A stretch of 63,193 nt of DNA, filler included, from Vezdaea acicularis (GCA_026025075.1; 7 parts of 7 records of this genome joined end to end with filler, not necessarily neighbours in it); one strand, 5' to 3'; shown: positions 1 to 11,043, counted from the first letter of the whole stretch. A program made the numbers and translations. Notes: generated from the letters alone by a model not told the origin.

Positions 1-1927
1 AGGGCGTCCCAGCGGAATCGTTCTTTGCATAAAGTGCGGTGGTCGATTGTGCAGATGCAACCCATGCTTGGGAGGTTTGATTCGGGGTCGTCGACGCAGA
101 GAGACTGTAGGTTCGCATAGTCGTCATGCCCGGCGGTTATGAGTACCCCCTTCTGGAATCTAAAGAGGGGCCGGTTGGGAGGCGGCCAGTTCCCGTTTTC
201 ATTCGGAGGAAGCTCTCCGGAGCATGTAGGCAGTTCGACTTGCTTTCCTGAAGCGGCGAGGATCAAGGGTGCATGGAGGATCAAAAGACTTGTAAAGATA
301 GCACAACGGTGGATGTTGAGAAGCATGATAGCAAACGCTAAAGGATCTAGGGAAGCTGTGAGGTACTAGGTGATCTCTGCTATCGCACACAAGTAGTCCA
401 ACGTCAATTGTCTAACCCTTCTTTGGAATAAGTTGACGCTGGAGGTTGATCTGGAGAGACTGATGTTCCACTGAGGTAAATAGCGGTATATGAGGTGTTC
501 TGACTCGATCCAAGTAGGAATAGGATCACGAATTACATCTAGAGGGCGATAGCCCATCTATGTGGTTTGGTGAGCGGCCGTAATGTGCGTAATGGACAGC
601 AAAGACTCTGCGCTGATCTCAGCAGTATCGTACAATGGCGATGCGTGAGTAGATTGACCGACACTTTTAATTTTTGCGGAGACTTCCATCCTTAGTGGGA
701 CTTCACGAATAACTTTTATCGGCGGCGCTCGTGCCTAGGTCGCCACGCTGGGGCTATCCTTGCAGCATTTGCCATGATTTCAGCATCAAACCACGCGTCT
801 GCTTAGAACTTAGAGTGGCTTGTGAGCGGTTAATTGGAGTTAGAGCGCTGAACATCCTCTTAATGCGAACGTGGAGGGGATTAATCGCGCATGGATCATA
901 AACGAGATACGTTAGAGCTGAGTAAGGGAACAGAAAGCATAGACCGGAGATCGACGATACAAATGTATCATGAGGAACGGTACAGCACTCAAGCAATTCA
1001 ACTCAGTGTTAAGAAAGAAGTAGAATAGATCAAGTTTAGGCATGTCAGCTTACTCGACTCTTAACTACGACACAAAGGAAAGGGCTAAGGAAGTATAACT
1101 CTACTTCAAGGCCAACTAAACAATCCGACCACGAAAAACCATCTTCAAGTATCAAATTCACTATGTAAGCTTGATGACCTGAAGGATGAGAGAAGTTTCG
1201 CTGCTCGGCCAGAATGACTAAGGGGTCCTCTTGCAACGGTAACGAAACTATCGAGTCAAGCTCCAGGGAAAGTGAGTCCGCCAGTCACGATGTCGTCTTA
1301 CGGGCAACATACTTTTCTACGAGTTTGTTTTCTGCCGCGCTTACTATGCCAAGATACATTTCTTGCACCGCCGAGACTTCATCGAGTGTTTGTCAGTGAG
1401 CTTGGAGCGCTCCGTTGCTCGTAGAGTCTGAATTTAGCGAAATGGAAGCAACAATACCGTATACGGCCAGAGCTTTCTCACACATCAATCCTTTGCTTAC
1501 TTCCGATCAGACAACGGCCATCTTCTGGCAGAGAATTTGATAGCTTGGACGAAACGGTGAAGATCGACACGAGAAACGCAAGTTTGCGGCGCTCGAGTTG
1601 ACTCGCGGATGGGACTTGTTACAAGGCGTCTGGGCAGCCGCTTCGCCTGCCTTTTCTGGGTGTGTTTTATGGGTGCGCCACGCCCAATCCGATTTGATGC
1701 ATCGATAGCCGCAGCTTCAGAAGGGCGTTTTCGACGACATGAAACATTCAAGAAAACCTTGACAACCGAATCGGACTCTCGGCGCAATCAATGGCTATGC
1801 TAACTGGATTCGCCTTTGCAAGCTTCATTAATCGGCGAGACGAGTTGACACCGTTCCATCTCATCCGAGGGCCACCTTCTCGAAGCGGCGACACCAACTC
1901 GTTACTCTTACTCACCATCTTCGACAT
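1..1927 (-). pseudogene. possible degraded intron-containing gene relic of unknown family
   Basis: Protein-like minus-strand segments are interrupted by in-frame TAG stops at 735-737, 558-560 and 366-368 (same frame, about 60 codons apart). An intron-like GTAAGC...GCTAAATTCAG lies at about 1500-1428. No intact ORF or recognisable domain; boundaries approximate. Confidence 0.3.
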
Positions 1928-2693
1928 TATGACACTCGAGCTATCTGGCTAAACTACCCCGCCCTCACTGTAATCTTACTCTTCCCATCGTTATGCCCCT
2001 AATCGGCAGCTCCGCATTGGTGACTCTGCTCTGGATCAACTGCGCAACCTTGCTAGTCAGTCGATGATACCTTTCAGATAACTTTCACCAGCTGTCTTGA
2101 GTTTGTACGAAGCTCTGACCCTTACTGCCCGCAAAAGTGCTCGCAAAGCAGGGCGAAGCGATGTCCTACCCGCTTTGCAGGACATTGGATGTTCATAGCT
2201 CCCTGAGGTCTAGGCAGCTCTAGATGAGATCTGCGCCTTAGCGGCACCTCAAAGCACTCGCTCTATCCCACCCGCAGGTTCTCAGGGAAAGTCTTATGCC
2301 TGAAAAGCATTGCCAGCGATACAGCCACTTCTGCTCGATAGGTATGCCTATTGACAGTATGAGATTCTCTTACCGTCGTACAGCCCCCGGATAAAACAAC
2401 GAGGTGGTGGGACTCCTATCTTAGTTTGGCATCCCCCTACTCAGGACAATTGTGAGTCGTCTCGCAAGGAAGGTTGCACAATACAACATGTCTTATACAT
2501 GCCTCTGGCAGTGCCCTGTTTTGTCTTTTCTCTTTCGTTACGTCCGCGTTCATTTTGTCGCGGGTCTGTTGATAACAGAGGATGTTATATAGCTTCTTCT
2601 TCTCTTCTTCTCTGGAGATCCACAGTTGTCGAACCATATCCCTTACAGTCCTTCACATCCTTCTGATACTTTTCTGTGTATCAATACTAAAGG

Positions 2694-4936
2694 ATGTCTT
2701 CTCAGTCATATATCATTCTCCTGTTGTTGCTACTGCTTAAAATCTGCTGTCCAGCAGGTGCCCGCCAACTCACAGCCGTTTCCAAGCGGGCCAGAATTCA
2801 AACTCGAGATGCCGCGTTCAAGCCATATTCAGCTGGATTTGAGTTCCATTATATTGACGAAGACACGATTCACGCTAACGATCAATTCGCTGCTCGACTT
2901 ACATTCGAACCAAGACTGCCCGTTCTTGCAATAGAAGATGTCGATCGGCACCTTGATATGATCCAGTGCTCTCCAGACGGCTTGCTTTTACAATTCGACT
3001 CAAGGCGAAAGCTCAAGAAGGCCGAGGAGACTTGGGCTGCCTTGGAGGAGTTCGTCGTTGTCACGTCGCATCTAGGTTGCAATCATGACGGCGAGCGACA
3101 GCCATATCTGTACGAAAGACCCTTTCCATTTGCGAATGCCGTGCTAACAAGAGTAGAGTTTCTCGAGTCTCATTCAAGGAAGCGGGTCCATCTGCATTCC
3201 TCCACGCTAAGCCTGTTGCTTGGAAAGAAACTTTCTATAGCATGACCGTTGACTTTGGGACGAGCAATGGGCAATTTACGCCAGCCGATGTTCGTAAACA
3301 CGATGTGTTGCGTCGCCGCAAAGCCACCCCATCGTCAACTATTTCTTACCCTAATACACCAAGCGTCGTGCCTTCAGCGACTATGCTGAGCAAGGATATC
3401 AGCTCTTCGTACTCAGGCCACCTTTTCCCTCCTATCGGCGGAGTCTCTATTGGTTGCAAGGAATGTTCCTTGAGCGGTACCCTTGTGATTACTCATGGAT
3501 CCTTTACTATCAAAACACCTGCTACGCAAAAGAGAGGTCTTGGCTCACGTGTCAAAGGCATCGTCAGCGATGCAACTGGTCATATCATCAAGGGGATAGA
3601 CCATATTACCCACGACGCTGAACAAGCTGGTGACCACCTCCTTGCTGATGCAGCTAGAGCAGGTGATGTCACCATCAACGACACTGGCCAGGTTGTTGAC
3701 AAAGCTGGCCACATCATCAAGGATGCCCTGGAAATTGTAACGTTCATCGATCATGGCTACATAGAGCTGGAAGCCAACGGACTTGGGGCGCTTATTGACT
3801 TGCAAGTGAACGTCAGCGCATCCCAACAACTAGCCAATTTTACATTGCATCTGGCTGATATTCCTTTGACACCTTTCACAATTCCAGGCATTGCTTCAAT
3901 TGGCCCGTCGCTTGATCCTCAGATCATAGGCAGCATCGACTTGACTGAGAAGGTGGGGTTTTCGACCGGGTTTCAAGTTACTATTCCAGACGGGTCAAAT
4001 ATCATACTCGATTTCGCCGACATTACACGTTCAAATTCTACTGGCTTTTCTGAGGCTGTTGTGAAAACCCTCCCATTCGAGGCTGAGGCCGAAGCCATCT
4101 CTTTAGTCTTCTCAGCGGCCTTCCATCCGGAACTTCTACTCGGGATAGAGCTTCTAGATGTGGGTGAAATTGGAGCTGGTTTCTTCCTGGATATCCCCAA
4201 GGTGACAGTTGCCGTCTCTCAGACGCAAGTTGGGCCAGACGGCAACTGTATACCACAATCCAGCATGCAAACCATCGACATCAATAACATAACCGATGTC
4301 GTCCTCGGGAGCCGTACCCTTATTTCGCCAACTGTCACCTTTGATCTTGGCGTAGACATACAGGCGGACGTCTTTCTTCTCCGTGAGGGGAAATCATTCA
4401 CTCTATACACCAAAAGCTTTCCTCTTGAGACAGCTTGTGTGGAATGGGGCTCAAAATTAAACAGCACCTCTTCAGCAACCAGTCCGTCAGCCGCTGCTTC
4501 AGCACCCCCTACAATCATATGGCTAGCTCAACCTCCCAACGGTACCAATATTACCAACAGCACCAAGCCATTCAAATACAACTATAATCCTCTTCCGTCT
4601 CCATCAGCTCTTGGCGCGTCGAGCTCCTATACGCAACCTGTACCTTTGGCCTCCCGCCTGCCCGAAAACACCACTGATATTCTCAGTGGAGGAACGAATA
4701 GCACAACTTATGTTCAAGGCATGAATGGCACATACAATATCCCCCCCGCTCCACCCGTGCCAGAAGCTGCAAGTCAACCTTTGAATGGATATTCTTCAAC
4801 TACAATTCAATCAATGTCACTACAGACGGCTACCCCGTCGGCTTCTGGGGATACAGCAAGAGCAACTCTGGCTGTGCTTGCTACTGGTGAGGCCGCTGAT
4901 ATAGCTGTGCCTGAAAGCAGCGGGTCGTCTGTGTAA
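2694..4936 (+). CDS. secreted fungal protein (DUF7029/DUF7223-like) with Ser/Thr/Pro-rich tail
   Basis: Hydrophobic signal peptide (YIILLLLLLLKICC). Intron 3110-3156 (GTACGA...GCTAAC...TAG) joins the two track ORFs in frame (...GERQPYL|VSRVSFKEAG...WKETFYSMTVDFG). Motifs FVVVTSHLGCNHDGER, CKEC and FTIPGIASIGP; S/T-rich C-terminus with several N-x-S/T sequons. Confidence 0.75.
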
Positions 4937-5699
4937 CTCAGAAGGGAAGCAGGGGAGGCTCTCCTGAGGTCCTCGCCAAACGGGACTATTCCTGAAGCTC
5001 CGGGCGGCAGCATAGGTAGAAGCCAAGGAGGCGGCGTCGGGTATGGCTCCTATTCTGACTCACGGCCTATGAGCAGCGACGCATCTCAGATAACAACACT
5101 ACAGCCAATTTCGCTGCTTATCGAGGATGGGTATACAGGAGATCATCAGTTGATATTTCATATACTTTGGTACCTTACTGCATTTAAACGGCATTGCATT
5201 TTGGGGGAATACGTCTGGATGGCGTATGGTGGACAGTCTCACTTTACAGAAAGTAACATAATGTCATGGACAACTGCGCGTTTTCCAAAGCTTCTTCCAT
5301 TTTCAAATGCGAACGCCTCTTCTCACTTTCATTTTCTTTGGAGCCAATTTGACCGAGTCAAGTGAAAGACAGCCGTAGTTTCCCTCCAAAGTCTACAAAC
5401 TATGATCCTTCCCTCAGTCATTTATACATTGCTCGTTTGACCAGAAATACTTCTAATGGTCTCGCCATAGTTATCGAATTTCGATATAACCCTGTATATA
5501 ACGCATCCTCGGTCGCTTCCCCATCACCATGGATCGATCCGCCTCAATACGCGGTAAATGAATCCACGCACGTCCCACATCCCGTCCTCTGCATTTCGAT
5601 GATCGACATATATCTCGACAATCTCAGCGTGCTTGAACAGCGTCCTTGCTGCGACTGTCCGACCCTATGGTCGACTGCAGATAGTCATCGGCCCTCATA

Positions 5700-7085
5700 A
5701 TGCGGTTCACCAATGTATTTTCCATCTCTCTTCCCCCCCTACTCTTCCTCCTCCTCCCACTTCTAGCTAAGCTGGACATCACTCACGCCTGGGTTTTCGA
5801 AGCCTACCCGCTCCCGCAACCTCCAACGCGCGGCTCCCTGATCTGTGCCGGTGCCCCGCCGGTTTTCGAACTTCCCGCACACCTTCAGATTGGGAGATAC
5901 AACTCGCTCCTCAGCATATGCGCCAAGCCTGCGTACGGTGGTTCTATCACGCTACCCACCGCCGGCGGGTGGTGCGCCTGGATGCTAGATCCCCCACGCA
6001 TTGCCTTCGACCCTGCCATTGCTGGCGCTGGCATACACGACGCCAACCCACTGACCGAAGGTCTCCGCCTCGCCCACTTGTGCCGCACCAAATGCCGCTG
6101 CGTCTTCAACGAGCAAGCAGCCTACTCGCCAGGCGTAGAAGTGCGACATCAACTGGCGATCCGTCCCCAAGTCATTAACTTCACGCCAATACAACATTTT
6201 CGCCCTGACCGCAGTTTTGACGACAACGCCGCCCACGGCCAGCAACACCTGGTCCCTATGCTATATCTTGACGAGCGCGTCGTCGAGGAGTATAACCTGC
6301 ACGCCTTCTTCAAGGTCGAGTATATCACGGGCCCAAAGGATATGACGATTGAGTGCATGGCGGATTCGCCCCTTCCGCCGCTGTGGTCTCTGCCCAGCTA
6401 CCTGGAGAAGTCGCAGTACCCCAACGCACAGGCGTTGTGCGCGTCTAGTTTCTCGGGAGGCCTGCTGGCGGGGAGTCTAGGTGGCTATTGCAATCCGAGC
6501 AATCTCCTGTTCCACTACGTTGATTTCTCAAACGAGCTCGCTGCGGCCGGCACGACGATCGAGTGGCGTGGGCCTATGATGCGGGGTATCACGTTGTCGT
6601 GGAGAATGTGGTGTATGACGAAGTGCTGGTGTGCAAGGCCGAGGCGGACCCAGCCTATGAGGCCTGCCCCAATCATTCCGTGGTTGAACAATGGGAGGGT
6701 AGTCACTGGTGATGGGGGACTGGTATTCAGGATCTTTAGTGGTGGGAGGTGGCAGAACGTCAGGTTTATTGAACCTGATGGCTCGCTTAGTTATGACGAA
6801 GAGAGATTCGTCCCGTTCAGGCATCGGGAAGATCGGCCGTCGCGATGGAGTCTGAGCGACTTGGATGCCTGGGAGACAAGCAAGACATCGAGAAGAACAG
6901 GCGGATGGGAGGCAGGGACGGACGTGAGTGACGTCGGACCCGTGATTAGTCAAAGTAGAAGGAAGCAGGGCTTGGAAAGATTTGTTATCCCAAAGGGAGC
7001 GGTATGGAATGAAATAAGCTCTGCGTCGCTAGGGCGCGGTTTGAAGCGCAGGGCGGAGAACGGGAATGGATATCTGGAAACATAA
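5700..7085 (+). CDS. secreted cysteine-rich protein with two tandem 6-Cys modules, unknown function
   Basis: Intronless 461-aa ORF with signal peptide (LPPLLFLLLPLLA...THA). Two homologous modules end in CRTKCRC and CMTKCWC. Confidence 0.8.
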   Translation: MRFTNVFSISLPPLLFLLLPLLAKLDITHAWVFEAYPLPQPPTRGSLICAGAPPVFELPAHLQIGRYNSLLSICAKPAYGGSITLPTAGGWCAWMLDPPRIAFDPAIAGAGIHDANPLTEGLRLAHLCRTKCRCVFNEQAAYSPGVEVRHQLAIRPQVINFTPIQHFRPDRSFDDNAAHGQQHLVPMLYLDERVVEEYNLHAFFKVEYITGPKDMTIECMADSPLPPLWSLPSYLEKSQYPNAQALCASSFSGGLLAGSLGGYCNPSNLLFHYVDFSNELAAAGTTIEWRGPMMRGITLSWRMWCMTKCWCARPRRTQPMRPAPIIPWLNNGRVVTGDGGLVFRIFSGGRWQNVRFIEPDGSLSYDEERFVPFRHREDRPSRWSLSDLDAWETSKTSRRTGGWEAGTDVSDVGPVISQSRRKQGLERFVIPKGAVWNEISSASLGRGLKRRAENGNGYLET

Positions 7086-7356
7086 ATCGCCATATAGAAT
7101 ACTGCCCTTATGTCTAGATCATCGCTTATATATTCTCAGGGCACAAGACATACGTCACATGTTAGAACCTAGAGAGATGAACAGATACACTAGCTCCTGC
7201 TCCCTTCCATTTGATGAAGAGGTATAGGGGATAGATCATAATCATGATTATTATCATTATATTCAAGACCCTTCACAATGATACACTGATCTAATCCCCT
7301 GGGCGCCCAAGCCCTACAGCGCTAGGCTTTATGGCCGCTCGTGATAAACACCACTT

Positions 7357-8427
7357 TCACGCTGGCAATAAACCCCTTTTCTGGCCCGACTCCTTGCCTC
7401 CTATTACCCTTAAAACCACTTTCCCTTTTGCCCTCCCACTTTCACACCTCTCCCATGCCTTGACGCCATCCGATAGGTCCCATACACTGTCCACGACGCC
7501 GCGTAAAGAACCCTCTCTAACCAACTCTGCTAGCTTCCCGAGCTGCCCCGCCTCCGGCTTAACAATAAAGAATGTCGCCTCCCTCCCGTCGGGCGCCTTC
7601 GTCGGCTCAATGATAGTCACAAACTTTCCTCCCTTCTTTAGACATGTCCAGCTTCTCTTAGCTGTCAAGCCGCCAACGCAGTCGAGGATTATGTCCGCAT
7701 ACTCGGGCCCAAGCTTGTGCTCCCACTCCGGGTCCGTATAATCGACTTGCCTTTGTGTGCCTAGACTCTCAACTAGCTGATCGCTGCGCCCACTTAGCGC
7801 CATTACCTGCGCTCCCATCCATACGCCAAGCTGCACTGCAATACTGCCCACCCCGCCTGTTGCGCCAAGAATCAGTACCACTTTTCCAGCGTTCGCCCCC
7901 TTTTCAGGTATCAGTCCGGCGTGATCCACTAACGCTTGCCACGCGCTAAGGCCACTTAGAGGAAGTGCCGCTAGGCTATCCCATGGTATCTCCTTTTTCA
8001 GCAATGGACCTACAGATACGATCTCTTCAGGAGCAGCGAGGCAGTACTCTGCGGCGCCACCATCTCTATTGAACGCCACAAGGCCAAAGACGGCGTCTCC
8101 TGGTTTGAGAGAAGTGAGGTGAGCTGCGGAGGGATGCACGCTGTGGACGACTCCAGCAATATCGTGGCCTGGTAGCGCGGTGGGCCGCGATGTGATTTCG
8201 GTCCAAGAGAGCTCAGAGCGGGTTAGCGCGGAGTAGTGAATGCGAACTAAGAGGGAGGGTGTTGACGGGGTGAAGGAAGTGGCGGAGGGGAGAGAGGGTG
8301 TTGGGATGCCTCCACAGTGATTCAGAGCGCGGAGACCAAAGCAAGCGGGTATGGGAGTGGTGGTAGGGGGAAGGTATAGGAGGCCGCGCATTATGGGCCT
8401 GGGCTCGGAAGAAGCTGAGGATGCCAT
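7357..8427 (-). CDS. NAD(P)-dependent medium-chain reductase (quinone oxidoreductase-like MDR family)
   Basis: GroES-like PGHDIAGVV and LKPGDAVFG, AALPLSGLSAWQAL, Rossmann VLILGATGGVG, C-terminal GRAKGKVVL. ATG at 8427 (MASSASSE) chosen over the upstream non-ATG start in the track. Confidence 0.9.
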   Translation of the reverse strand: MASSASSEPRPIMRGLLYLPPTTTPIPACFGLRALNHCGGIPTPSLPSATSFTPSTPSLLVRIHYSALTRSELSWTEITSRPTALPGHDIAGVVHSVHPSAAHLTSLKPGDAVFGLVAFNRDGGAAEYCLAAPEEIVSVGPLLKKEIPWDSLAALPLSGLSAWQALVDHAGLIPEKGANAGKVVLILGATGGVGSIAVQLGVWMGAQVMALSGRSDQLVESLGTQRQVDYTDPEWEHKLGPEYADIILDCVGGLTAKRSWTCLKKGGKFVTIIEPTKAPDGREATFFIVKPEAGQLGKLAELVREGSLRGVVDSVWDLSDGVKAWERCESGRAKGKVVLRVIGGKESGQKRGLLPA

Positions 8428-8978
8428 AATAGGGAAGTAAATAGGTAAATTGGAAGTTTGCTTCAATGACCTAGTAAGGGAATGTACTAGGAAGTTTTTG
8501 TGCATCAGAGCGTCAGCGCGAGTCTTTGAGGCAGTGAAAATAAGGGGAACGTTCTCATTTTGAGAACCCTCAAGACTGGGATGCGACGCGGGGCTTCCGG
8601 AACGCCAATGCACTATTAATAAGCTTTCTTGGTAGCTTACGCATCGAACGGCTTGAAATTGAGCCCAGACTAAATCTTTAGGGTTTCATGAGGGAATACC
8701 TTGTGGACCGATCAGGGACAGTCGGCTAAGGTAGCTAGCTGTCTCACCCGCGGAGAGCCTGCTGGTTACAAAGACATCGATTGCGGAGAAATCTCCAGCG
8801 CCTTTCCCTAACGCTTCGCGACCGCTAGTTAGTAAACAAAGGTCAGGCTCAAATATCCCAGAAAAATGCCGTAATCTTTCCTTCAAATGAGACCCCCATT
8901 ACCATCTGTTCAACAGTCCTTCCTCAAGCTTGTAAGACTATAGATTTGGGCTGGAGATTCTGAACTTTATCTCTGGAT

Positions 8979-8984
8979 CACGTG
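8979..8984. promoter_or_regulatory. E-box CACGTG (ATCACGTGAT) upstream of the MDR gene
   Basis: Palindromic bHLH (Cbf1/SREBP-type) site about 550 bp upstream of the ATG; motif match only. Confidence 0.3.
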
Positions 8985-9120
8985 ATATTGCGATTAATAT
9001 TTGCACCCTTGGCATGCGGTTTTTCGTAAGCGAGCACCTTCAACCGAAGCCGGACGGTGGCCCTTCCACCACCTATCTGAAAAGCCACGGAGCCATCTGC
9101 CACCGTCGGCTAGAGAGCAG

Positions 9121-9536
9121 CAAGCGCTTCAAGCGCTCAAAGCCCCGAGCAGCTGGCTTCGCTCCGGACTCGCTGGGGCGCTCCCACAAGCGCTTGAAGC
9201 GCTCAAAGCCCCGGGCTCGCTGGGGCGCTACTTCAAGCGCTTCAAGCGCTCCCAGCCTAGGGCGGCCGGCTTTGCCCTGGGCTTGCTAGGGCGCTTCCGC
9301 GAGCGTTTGAAGCGCTTGAAGCGCTCAAATCGTCAGGCAGCTGGTTTCGCTCCAGGCTTGCTGGGGGTTCTGCTTTAAGCGTTTAAAGCGCTTAAAGTCC
9401 AGAGCGGCCGGCTCTGCTCTGGGCTTACTAGAGCTCTATTTTAAGCACTTGAAGCGCTTAAGCCTGAGGCGGCTGGCTCTGCTTTGAACTAGCTGGAGCG
9501 TTCCTACAAGCATTTTAAGCGCTTTAAATGCCTAAA
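9121..9536. repeat. degenerate ~66-bp tandem minisatellite, about 7 units, core AAGCGCTT(C/G)AAGCGCT
   Basis: Units start at 9121, 9187, 9234, 9300, 9376, 9442 and 9507. Later units carry C>T and G>A changes. AT-rich DNA follows to the contig end at 9742. Confidence 0.85.
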
Positions 9537-9742
9537 ATTTAATACTTTCATTTTTGTAATATGTTTATTAAATCAAAAATTTTAAATCTTTACGCAATTG
9601 CAGTTTTGCTTATAGTTAATATTTTAATTGCTTCAACTATTCTAAAAATATTAAATTAATTATGATACAATATGTATCAATATGAACTGCATAAAGTTTT
9701 AGGTGTCGCGGATAAAATAAATGAACGCATCTATTAAATCTA

Positions 9743-9842
9743 NNNNNNNNNNNNNNNNNNNNNNNNNNNNNNNNNNNNNNNNNNNNTTAATTAATTAANN
9801 NNNNNNNNNNNNNNNNNNNNNNNNNNNNNNNNNNNNNNNNNN
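9743..9842. other. artificial contig linker (N44-TTAATTAATTAA-N44)
   Basis: Six-frame stop 12-mer flanked by 44 N on each side; identical at six places in the window. Confidence 0.99.
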
Positions 9843-9858
9843 TGTGTATAAGAGACAG
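9843..9858 (+). other. Nextera/Tn5 mosaic-end adapter remnant
   Basis: TGTGTATAAGAGACAG is the last 16 nt of the Tn5 mosaic end AGATGTGTATAAGAGACAG and sits exactly at a contig start. Confidence 0.95.
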
Positions 9859-10530
9859 GCCGACCGCGCCGCCACCCGCGCCCTCCTCCATGAATCGCGC
9901 CTCCGCGCCCCACGCACCGTCGCAAACGGGCCCCGCCTCCCGACTAAAACCCGCAAAGAATCCCTCGTCGAGAGCTGGGCCCGCCTCAGTCCCGGCAGCG
10001 GTATCTGGGATCCTCGCTGCGGCTATGCGCGGATCGGCGCGCCCGCTAGTGGCCTCGATGGTAATGGTGGAGGTGGAGGGGTAAGCGCGTTCGATGAGGT
10101 CTTTTTGGTGAGTAGTCTGAATCACCACGTGGCGCTCGTCAGGGTGCGTGTGAGTAATAGCTATCTCCGCTGGGTGGAGGGTGGGGTGGGAGTTAGAGTC
10201 CCCGTCCCGCCGTCCGGGCGGCGCAGGGAGACCCCTGAGGGTGCGAGTGCGGGTGCGCGAAGTGCGGATCTGGATATGCCCGATGATCCTCCCGCCTCTG
10301 CCGCCGCTGCTGGGAATGCGCGGGCTGGGAAAGCGCAGAGAGAGCTGGACACCGAGGATAAACAAGAATGGTACGTCCTCGACGTCAAGCGCTCGCGCTG
10401 GTTCGACCTCCTGGATCGGGGAGATAGGCTTGAGGCTATGCGCGGGGTTTGGGGCGTTTTGGCCTATCTTATGCGGGATACGCGGCCGGGTGACTTGGAT
10501 GGTGAGGAGGGGGAGGAGGGGGGGGCGTGA
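9859..10530 (+). CDS. 3' part of a fungal hypothetical protein (5'-truncated by contig start)
   Basis: Open frame from the adapter junction to TGA at 10530 with globular-looking motifs DEVFLVSSLNHHVALVRVRV and RSRWFDLLDRGDRLEAMRGVWGVLAYLMR. The track's 'MYKRQ' start is adapter-derived. Confidence 0.7.
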   Translation, partial: ADRAATRALLHESRLRAPRTVANGPRLPTKTRKESLVESWARLSPGSGIWDPRCGYARIGAPASGLDGNGGGGGVSAFDEVFLVSSLNHHVALVRVRVSNSYLRWVEGGVGVRVPVPPSGRRRETPEGASAGARSADLDMPDDPPASAAAAGNARAGKAQRELDTEDKQEWYVLDVKRSRWFDLLDRGDRLEAMRGVWGVLAYLMRDTRPGDLDGEEGEEGGA

Positions 10531-10842
10531 TGTGTGTAGGAAAAGGGGGGAGAGAGGGGGGCGAGAGGGAGGGGAAAAGGGGAAAAGCGGAAAGGGATAA
10601 GGAGCGAGAGGGAAGGGAGAAAGGGGGGAAAGCGGCGTGGGCACCGAGTGGTGAATCCTGAGTAACCGGGGTTAGCAGCGGGTAGCGTATGCTACAGAAG
10701 TAGTATATTTAGTAGTCAATGACCCTCCCATAAACCCCCTTTTCTTATACGCTAGTCCATACCATACCAGTCCACCAGATCGCGAGACCGCGGGACTGTG
10801 GTGCCCATATATCCATCACATCTCCATCTCCACAGCCACACA

Positions 10843-10954
10843 CATTCTCCACCCCATTCTCCACCCCATTCTCCACCCCATCCCAACACCCCATTCTCCA
10901 CATCCCCCCCCCCCCCCCCCCATTCTCCACTCCATTCTCCACCCCATTCTCCAC
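10843..10954. repeat. 12-bp tandem repeat (CATTCTCCACCC)n interrupted by a poly-C run
   Basis: About 7 copies of CATTCTCCA with roughly 12-bp period in intergenic DNA. Confidence 0.85.
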
Positions 10955-11043
10955 CACCCACTCCTTCCCGCACCCCCCGTCTAAGTTCCCTCCGCCATCT
11001 ATATTCATGGGAAAATTTCTCGACAAGTGCGCGTCGTACTCGT

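Noticed and set aside
9001..9378. ORFs with KRFKRS/QALKAP repeats
   Set aside because: They are by-products of the GC-rich minisatellite and have non-ATG or weak starts.
9121..9536. CRISPR-like appearance (palindromic repeat with ~66-bp period)
   Set aside because: The intervening segments are homologous to each other rather than unique spacers, there are no cas genes, and the context is eukaryotic.
9787..9798. TTAATTAATTAA as a biological motif (for example a piggyBac TTAA target)
   Set aside because: It is always centred in exactly 44+44 N, so it is a six-frame stop linker added during concatenation.
9843..9858. Tn5/IS50 transposon end
   Set aside because: It is the synthetic mosaic end at a contig terminus with no transposase, so it is a library adapter.
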